Assembly (NCBI GenBank): GCA_039794085.1
Contig: JBDIWC010000018.1
Coordinates: 8,909-72,908 of the forward strand
Direction: 5' to 3'
DNA: 64,000 nucleotides
DNA from: Gemmatimonadales bacterium
GTDB taxonomy: Bacteria; Gemmatimonadota; Gemmatimonadetes; Gemmatimonadales; GWC2-71-9
Shown: positions 58,551 through 64,000 of the stretch, in pieces
Layout: each line of letters opens with the position of its first letter
How positions within the stretch are numbered: the first letter of the stretch is position 1
Position numbers and translations under genes: made by a program
Notes under the pieces: model-generated
What the model saw: the letters and a program-made list of their open reading frames with translations, nothing else
What the model was told of the DNA's origin: nothing
Databases searched by the model: none

Positions 58551-58768
58551 CCTCCTCAGGTGTCCAATTATTGGCCATCAGAAAGGCCGTGACAACGAGC
58601 GGGCTTTTCCCTATCTTGGTAAGAGTCAGCTCTTTCGTGGCAAAGCTCGCCACGATTTTTCCCTGCCGATGTGATTTCCGGGGTTCGAGCAGCAACACTC
58701 TGATTTTTTGACATCCTGCTGGATCTCGCACGGTGTAACATCCACCCACAGAAGAGGAATGGTGTCTC

Positions 58769-59284
58769 ATGGCCATCTGGAAAGATCAAAGCCCGCCGAA
58801 GAAGGATGTCCCCCCGGTGCAGGAGGCGGTGCCCCACAAGCCATCGCCCCTGGCCGAGCCTCGGGTCGATCTCCCCGCCGCCGAGTCTCGGCGTCCGCCG
58901 AGCGGGTCGTCCGACAAGGAGTCGTATATCGCGGCCAATCTGGTGATCGACGGAACGATCGAAGGGGCCGGCCACATCCGCATCGCGGGCCGTTTCAAGG
59001 GGGACGTTCATGTGGACGGGAACCTGACCATCGAGTCCGGTGCAAAGCTGACCGGTGGCGTGCGGGCGCACACGGTGGTGATCGCCGGTGAGTTGGAGGG
59101 CAACATCGACGGGGCCAGCCGGGTCGAGCTTCTGGAGACCGGGGTGCTGAACGGGAACCTGAAGGCGGGGTCACTGACGGTCAGTGCCGGGTCGCGGATG
59201 CGGGGCCAGGTCGAGTTCGGCTGGGAAGAGAAGGCGGCCCAGAAGACACCCCGGGTGTCGGCGGAAGCGGGCTCGGCCGCGTGA
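58769..59284 (+). CDS. Bactofilin (polymer-forming cytoskeletal protein)
   Basis: SYIAANLVIDGTIEG..HIRIAGRFKGDV...VVIAGELEGNI beta-helix repeats. Confidence 0.92.
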   Translation: MAIWKDQSPPKKDVPPVQEAVPHKPSPLAEPRVDLPAAESRRPPSGSSDKESYIAANLVIDGTIEGAGHIRIAGRFKGDVHVDGNLTIESGAKLTGGVRAHTVVIAGELEGNIDGASRVELLETGVLNGNLKAGSLTVSAGSRMRGQVEFGWEEKAAQKTPRVSAEAGSAA

Positions 59285-59655
59285 GCGGTCCGCGCCCGGC
59301 CACGGCGGGGGCCACGCGCATCTGTCCCCATTGCCGGGTGGAGATTCTCGAGAGTGCGAGCATCTGCCCGGCCTGCCGGCATCACCTGCGATTTCATCAG
59401 GGACGCTCGTCCGCGGCGATACCGAGTTTCATCCCGCTGCGGGTGGAGGGAACGATTCACCATCCCGAGGACGGAGAGACGTGGGAATACTCCGTTGTTC
59501 TGGCGGTGCGGAACGAGAAGGGAGAGGAGGTTTCGCGCCAGGTGGTGGGTGTCGGAGCGGTGCCGCCGATGGGAGGGCGGACCTTCGCCCTGACCGTGGA
59601 GGTCTTCGCTCCGGACGGGAGGGGACCGGGGGGAAGGAGGGAGATGGGAACCTGA
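59281..59655 (+). CDS. Small zinc-ribbon protein, translationally coupled to bactofilin
   Basis: CPHC...CPAC, GTGA overlap, beta-rich C-terminus. Confidence 0.75.
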   Translation: MSGPRPATAGATRICPHCRVEILESASICPACRHHLRFHQGRSSAAIPSFIPLRVEGTIHHPEDGETWEYSVVLAVRNEKGEEVSRQVVGVGAVPPMGGRTFALTVEVFAPDGRGPGGRREMGT

Positions 59656-59787
59656 GACCTCGCCCGGAAAGGCGAGAACGGGACGACCCCGGGATCTGGT
59701 CGCGCCCCTCCCGGGCGGGTATCTTGGGGCACGATCCACTCCGTTCCGGAACGCGCCCTTCCTCACGATTCCTCTCGCGAGTGCCGC

Positions 59788-60615
59788 ATGCCGACCGATC
59801 CGATGCCCGCGGGTCCCGATTCCGATTTTGAACGCGATCTCCCGAGGGTGGTCGCGGGGTCGTGGGGCACGGCTCTGCGGCTTTGCCGGAACACGGCGGA
59901 TGCGGAGGATCTCCTGCAGGACGCAGCCCTCCTCGCCCTGCGGGGCCGGGAGTCGTTCCGGCCGGGGTCGAACCTCCGGGGGTGGTACTATCGGATCCTG
60001 GTGAACCAGTTCTACACGCGGATGCGGCGGCGCACGCGGGAACCGACGGCACTGGCCGGCGAGGAATGGAATGAGGAACTGGCGGATGGGGAGTGGTCGG
60101 CGGTGGACCTGGTCGACACGGTGATGGATCGGATCGACGCCGACCGGATCCGGGCCGAACTGGACGCGCTACCGGAGGTCTACCGCGTGGCGGCGGTGCT
60201 GTATTTCAGCCAGGACCTCTCCTATCGCGAGATCGCCGAGGCCCTGGATGTTCCGGTGGGCACGGTCCGTTCCCGGCTGCACCGGGCCCGATTCCTCCTG
60301 CAGGCGGGATTGCGCGAGATGGCGGACGCCCGCGGGCTGGTCCCGGCCATGGCCCCGCAGCCGGTGAGCGGCTCGTGCCGCCTGATGATGAGCCAGCTCG
60401 ACGACTATCTCGACCGCGAACTCACCCCCCGGGACTGCGAAGTCATCGACCGGCATCTGGAGAAGTGCGACCGGTGTCGGGGCGAACTGGCCGCGCGCAC
60501 CACTCTCCAGAACCTCCTCAGGCGGACCCTGGAGAAGATTCCCTGTCCGGAACATCTGCGGAGCCGGATCATGGGGCATCTCCGCGGGGGGGATCACGCC
60601 GGAGTATCTCCCTGA
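59788..60615 (+). CDS. ECF sigma factor fused to a C-terminal zf-HC2 (ZAS) anti-sigma domain
   Basis: DAEDLLQD, LSYREIAEALDVPVGTVRSRLHRAR, then CRLMMSQLDDYLDREL...HLEKCDRC. Confidence 0.88.
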   Translation: MPTDPMPAGPDSDFERDLPRVVAGSWGTALRLCRNTADAEDLLQDAALLALRGRESFRPGSNLRGWYYRILVNQFYTRMRRRTREPTALAGEEWNEELADGEWSAVDLVDTVMDRIDADRIRAELDALPEVYRVAAVLYFSQDLSYREIAEALDVPVGTVRSRLHRARFLLQAGLREMADARGLVPAMAPQPVSGSCRLMMSQLDDYLDRELTPRDCEVIDRHLEKCDRCRGELAARTTLQNLLRRTLEKIPCPEHLRSRIMGHLRGGDHAGVSP

Positions 60616-60677
60616 CCTGTCGCGGCACCTTCCTCTCACCGCGAATACCCGTCGCCCCCTGAAGGAGGAGAACACAG

Positions 60678-61145
60678 ATGCAGCATCTCACAACGGTCTT
60701 CCTCGGAGTTGCTCTCGCCCTGGGAACATCCGGAACCGGGCAGGCCCAGGTCGCCCCCGAGGACTCCGCTGCCGTCGCCGCGGCGGTCCGCGCCTTCCAC
60801 GATGCCCTCGCCCGGGGCGATTCCGTGGCGGCGCTTGCCCTGCTGGCCGAGGACGCCGTGATCCTGGAGGGAGGGGGACGGGAGAATCGGGACGAGTACC
60901 GGGCGCACCACCTCCCGGGCGACATGCGGTTCGCCGCAGCTCTTCCCGCCCAACGCGGGCCGATCCGGGTCGTCGCCGCGGGAGACGTGGCCTGGGCCAC
61001 CTCCTCCAGTGAAACCCGGGGAACCTGGCGGGAGCGCGAGATCAACTCGACCGGGGTGGAGTTGATGGTGCTGACCCGGAGTGGGACGGGGTGGGTGATT
61101 CGGGCGGTCCACTGGTCCTCGCGCGCCCGCCGGCCCTCCCCGTGA
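60678..61145 (+). CDS. Secreted NTF2/DUF4440-like protein
   Basis: Signal peptide, FHDALARGD, ELMVLTR...WVIRAVHWSS. Confidence 0.85.
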   Translation: MQHLTTVFLGVALALGTSGTGQAQVAPEDSAAVAAAVRAFHDALARGDSVAALALLAEDAVILEGGGRENRDEYRAHHLPGDMRFAAALPAQRGPIRVVAAGDVAWATSSSETRGTWREREINSTGVELMVLTRSGTGWVIRAVHWSSRARRPSP

Positions 61146-61195
61146 GGGAGAGACCGTGGCAGACCTGGGCGCCGAACTTTCACGGAGGTGGGATC

Positions 61196-61687
61196 ATGCG
61201 AGCGGACATGCGGCGGAGGCGATGGATGGTGGGCATCACGCTGTTGGCTGGACTGGGAGCATGCGCGCCGGAAGGACGCATGCCTCCCGGCCCGGCGGAC
61301 GCCGCGATGCTGGAAGAAACCACCCGCGATATCCACCGGGCGATGCTGGCGGAGAACCGGATGGACCGGTTCGAGGAGGTGGCCGCCGCGGAGTACGTGG
61401 CGATGATTCCCGGGGGCCGCCTCGAGGATCGTGCGGAGGTGATCGCCGGCGCGGTGAATTTCAACGTGGACTCGGTCGAGATCCGGGATCTGCGGACCCG
61501 GGTTCATGAGCACACGGCGGTGGTCACGGGGGCGTGGACCGTGTTCGGAAAGCTTCGAGAGCGGGACATGACGGGGGAGTACCGCTTTCTGGTGGTCTTC
61601 GAGAGGGGGAGCGCGGGGTGGAGGCTGGTGTCGGAATCGGTGACCCGGGCCCAGCCTCTGATGGAGGCCGTGGGAGGGCCCGCGTGA
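61196..61687 (+). CDS. NTF2/DUF4440-like lipoprotein
   Basis: Lipobox LGAC, TAVVTG, YRFLVVFER..GWRLVS. Confidence 0.8.
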   Translation: MRADMRRRRWMVGITLLAGLGACAPEGRMPPGPADAAMLEETTRDIHRAMLAENRMDRFEEVAAAEYVAMIPGGRLEDRAEVIAGAVNFNVDSVEIRDLRTRVHEHTAVVTGAWTVFGKLRERDMTGEYRFLVVFERGSAGWRLVSESVTRAQPLMEAVGGPA

Positions 61688-62052
61688 GGGTGCGCACCCC
61701 AACCGAGGTGGTGCGTGCCTGGGTGGAGGCGTTCAACGCTCGTGACCTGGTGGCGCTGGGTGCCTGCTACGCCCCCGGTGCGATCAATCACCAGGTGGCC
61801 GAAGACCGCCTGGAGGGTCGGCCCGCGATCGTGTCCCGGTTCCGGGAGGAATTCGCCCGTGCGGAGATGGTCTGTCTCGTCGAGCACCTCTTCGAGGATG
61901 GCGACTGGGCCATCCTGGAATGGAGGGACCCTCTGGGGCTCCGGGGGTGCGGGTTCTTCCATGTCCGGTCGGGAGAGATCGTGTTCCAGCGGGGGTATTG
62001 GGACAAGCTGTCGTTTCTCCGGCTCCATGGTCTTCCCCTTCCGGAGCGGTGA
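61684..62052 (+). CDS. SnoaL-like / NTF2 protein
   Basis: WVEAFNARD, WAILEWRDPLGLRGCGFFHV..GEIVFQRGYWDKLSF. Confidence 0.88.
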   Translation: MRVRTPTEVVRAWVEAFNARDLVALGACYAPGAINHQVAEDRLEGRPAIVSRFREEFARAEMVCLVEHLFEDGDWAILEWRDPLGLRGCGFFHVRSGEIVFQRGYWDKLSFLRLHGLPLPER

Positions 62053-62402
62053 TCTGTCCTCCGAAACCGGACCGCCTTTCGGCCCGTAATGGCCCTCGGA
62101 TCCGGTGGGGACACTCCCCGTCGGCGGGGGTCGCCGAATGTCGGCTGGAACCAATTCAGCGCCCATCGCGTGTACTAGCCAGCAGAGGGGGGACGGACGG
62201 GGGACGGGGACCAAAAATGCCGGGGGACTGGACCCTGCGCCGCGTCCGTGTAAGTTCGTGGTAACTTGAATGCCTCTGTGCAGTTGCGGTCGCCCTCAGG
62301 GCGTGATGCGGGTCTGGTTGGAGGGGGCTTTCCAGTATGCCTCCCGGTTCACGTGCGACGGCAGTTCAGACTACAGATCTTTGACCAATTGGGGGGTCCC
62401 TC

Positions 62403-63857
62403 GTGAGTGATCGTGGGCAACAGATTTCGAACGCCCTCGTGCTGGCGGCTGGCAATGGCAAACGACTGAAGAGCCACATCCCCAAGCCGGCCCATCGGTT
62501 GCTCGGGGTTCCACTGCTCGCACGAACCCTCATGGGACTCCAGAGAGCCGGAGTGACCGATGCGTGGGTGGTGCTGGGATACGAGGCGGATCGCGTGCGC
62601 CAGGAACTGGAGGGGTTCGATCGATTGACCCTCCGGATTCACTGGTTGTACAACGAATCATGGCGGGAACCCAATGGTCTCTCCGTCCTGGCGGGTGAGC
62701 CTCATTTGAAGGGTCCCTTTCTCCTGACCATGGCGGATCACCTGTTCGATCCGGCGATCGCCGAGGCGCTGGTGCGCTCGGTGCCTGACCCCGACGGGAT
62801 CAACCTGGCCGTGGATCATGCGGTGGCGCAGGTGTTCGACATCGACGATGCCACCAAGGTGCGGGTGGAGCGGGGCTCCATCGTCGGTATCGGGAAGGAC
62901 TTGGAGCGGTACGACGCCATCGACACCGGGATCTTCCTCGCCTCTCCGGGGCTCTTTCGGGCCCTCCGCGAGTCGGTGGCCGAGGGAAAAGCGTCGCTGT
63001 CCGATGGGGTGCAACGGCTGGCGGCGGTGGGCAAGGCACGGGTCACGGATGTGAGCGGTCTGATGTGGCAGGACATCGACACGCCGGAGGCGTTTGCCGA
63101 GGCGGGGCGCAAGCTCCTCGGGACGGTTCGCAAGAAGACCGACGGTCCGATCGCCCGGTACATCAACCGCCCGGTCTCGATGGCCATCAGTCGTCACCTG
63201 GTGAAGACGGCGATCACGCCGAATCAGTTGAGCGTCCTGAACCTGGTGATCGGGCTGGTGTCGGCCGGACTGGTGGCCGTGGGTGGATACGGCTACTTCC
63301 TGGCGGGCGGCGTGCTCTTTCAGTTGGCTTCGATTCTCGACGGCGTCGACGGCGAGGTGGCGAAACTCACCTTCCGCTCCACCAAGAGCGGGGAGTGGAT
63401 CGACACCGCCTGTGACCAGATCTCGTATGTGGCCTTTCTGATTGGACTGGTCGTCGGAGTGTACCGCTCGGGTCTCCCGGACCTGTACTTCCAGATCGGG
63501 GTGCTCGGACTCGTGGCCGGGGTTCTGAGCATCGGGAACATCGCCCTCTACCTGGTGCGGCATCGGGAGTCGGGAAGCGCCCTGAGCATCCGCTACGGGT
63601 TCCAGGAGGGGTCGGGAATCGTGAGCCGGGTCATGCGATTTGTGCAGTATCTCGGCAAGCGGGATCTCCTGGCCTTCCTGGTGATGGTCCTGGCGATCGT
63701 GGGTCAGCTGCCGTTCGGCCTGGTGCTCTTCGGGATCGGGGGCACCCTGGTGCTCTTTCCCGTGACGGCGATGGCGAACTTCGGGTCCCCCGCCCCGATG
63801 CCCGCCCTGGTGCGACAGCCCTCCGCCCGGTCGGTCATCCCGGTGAGTCAGGAGTAG
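62403..63857 (+). CDS. Nucleotidyltransferase / CDP-alcohol phosphotransferase fusion (IPCT/DIPPS-like)
   Basis: LAAGNGKRL..PKP, MADH, DTGIF, WQDIDTPE, ITPNQLS, DGVDGEVAK...GEWIDTACD. Confidence 0.88.
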   Translation: MSDRGQQISNALVLAAGNGKRLKSHIPKPAHRLLGVPLLARTLMGLQRAGVTDAWVVLGYEADRVRQELEGFDRLTLRIHWLYNESWREPNGLSVLAGEPHLKGPFLLTMADHLFDPAIAEALVRSVPDPDGINLAVDHAVAQVFDIDDATKVRVERGSIVGIGKDLERYDAIDTGIFLASPGLFRALRESVAEGKASLSDGVQRLAAVGKARVTDVSGLMWQDIDTPEAFAEAGRKLLGTVRKKTDGPIARYINRPVSMAISRHLVKTAITPNQLSVLNLVIGLVSAGLVAVGGYGYFLAGGVLFQLASILDGVDGEVAKLTFRSTKSGEWIDTACDQISYVAFLIGLVVGVYRSGLPDLYFQIGVLGLVAGVLSIGNIALYLVRHRESGSALSIRYGFQEGSGIVSRVMRFVQYLGKRDLLAFLVMVLAIVGQLPFGLVLFGIGGTLVLFPVTAMANFGSPAPMPALVRQPSARSVIPVSQE

Positions 63858-63878
63858 CAGGGAGAAGGGAATGGGGAG

Positions 63879-63998
63879 TAGTCCCTTACGGACAAGATTG
63901 AACACAAAACGGCAACAATATTTGGGGCGCCCCCCGGACACCCGCTCCGGCCGTGCGTGTGACGGCGTCTGTGACGGCATCCCACTTGGGGCTCTTCA
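63879..63998 (+). repeat. ~120-nt structured element, copy 2
   Basis: TAGTCCCTTACGGACAAGATTGAACACAAAACGGCAACAATATTT...GGGGCTCTTCA. Confidence 0.8.
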
Positions 63999-64000
63999 GG

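Overview
High-GC bacterial chromosomal window. The gene repertoire (ADOP-type ABC permease, several M28 peptidases, PD40-amidohydrolase, NTF2-like proteins) suggests Gemmatimonadota; this is inference. The core-like backbone includes fadJ, a hybrid histidine kinase, an atypical rho, a MacAB-like ABC operon with a sigma54 two-component pair, cls, a phosphatase-synthase GgpPS with an SSS transporter, ispH, a hisN-like gene, dnaE2, bactofilin, an ECF sigma-ZAS fusion and an IPCT/DIPPS-like fusion. Two accessory minus-strand islands (about 21.8-26.5 kb and 43-50 kb) interrupt it, and both read as integron cassette arrays without a functional integrase. Each array is headed by a 3' stump of an integron integrase, a shared TTGCGG-N17 promoter/ACCGA module and an attI-like core. 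Four attC sites delimit cassettes carrying Mrr, a truncated haemoglobin, a DinB-like protein, TauE and a TA pair; a third, more eroded head module lies near 46.0 kb. The intergenic DNA is full of small repeats: paired inverted heptamer arrays (one pair encloses a frameshifted four-helix-bundle gene), paired inverted 8/9-mer triads, GTAG- and CGTC-type REP palindromes, and a duplicated ~120-nt structured element. No rRNA, tRNA or CRISPR array was seen. All calls come from reading the sequence by eye; no database searches were run.
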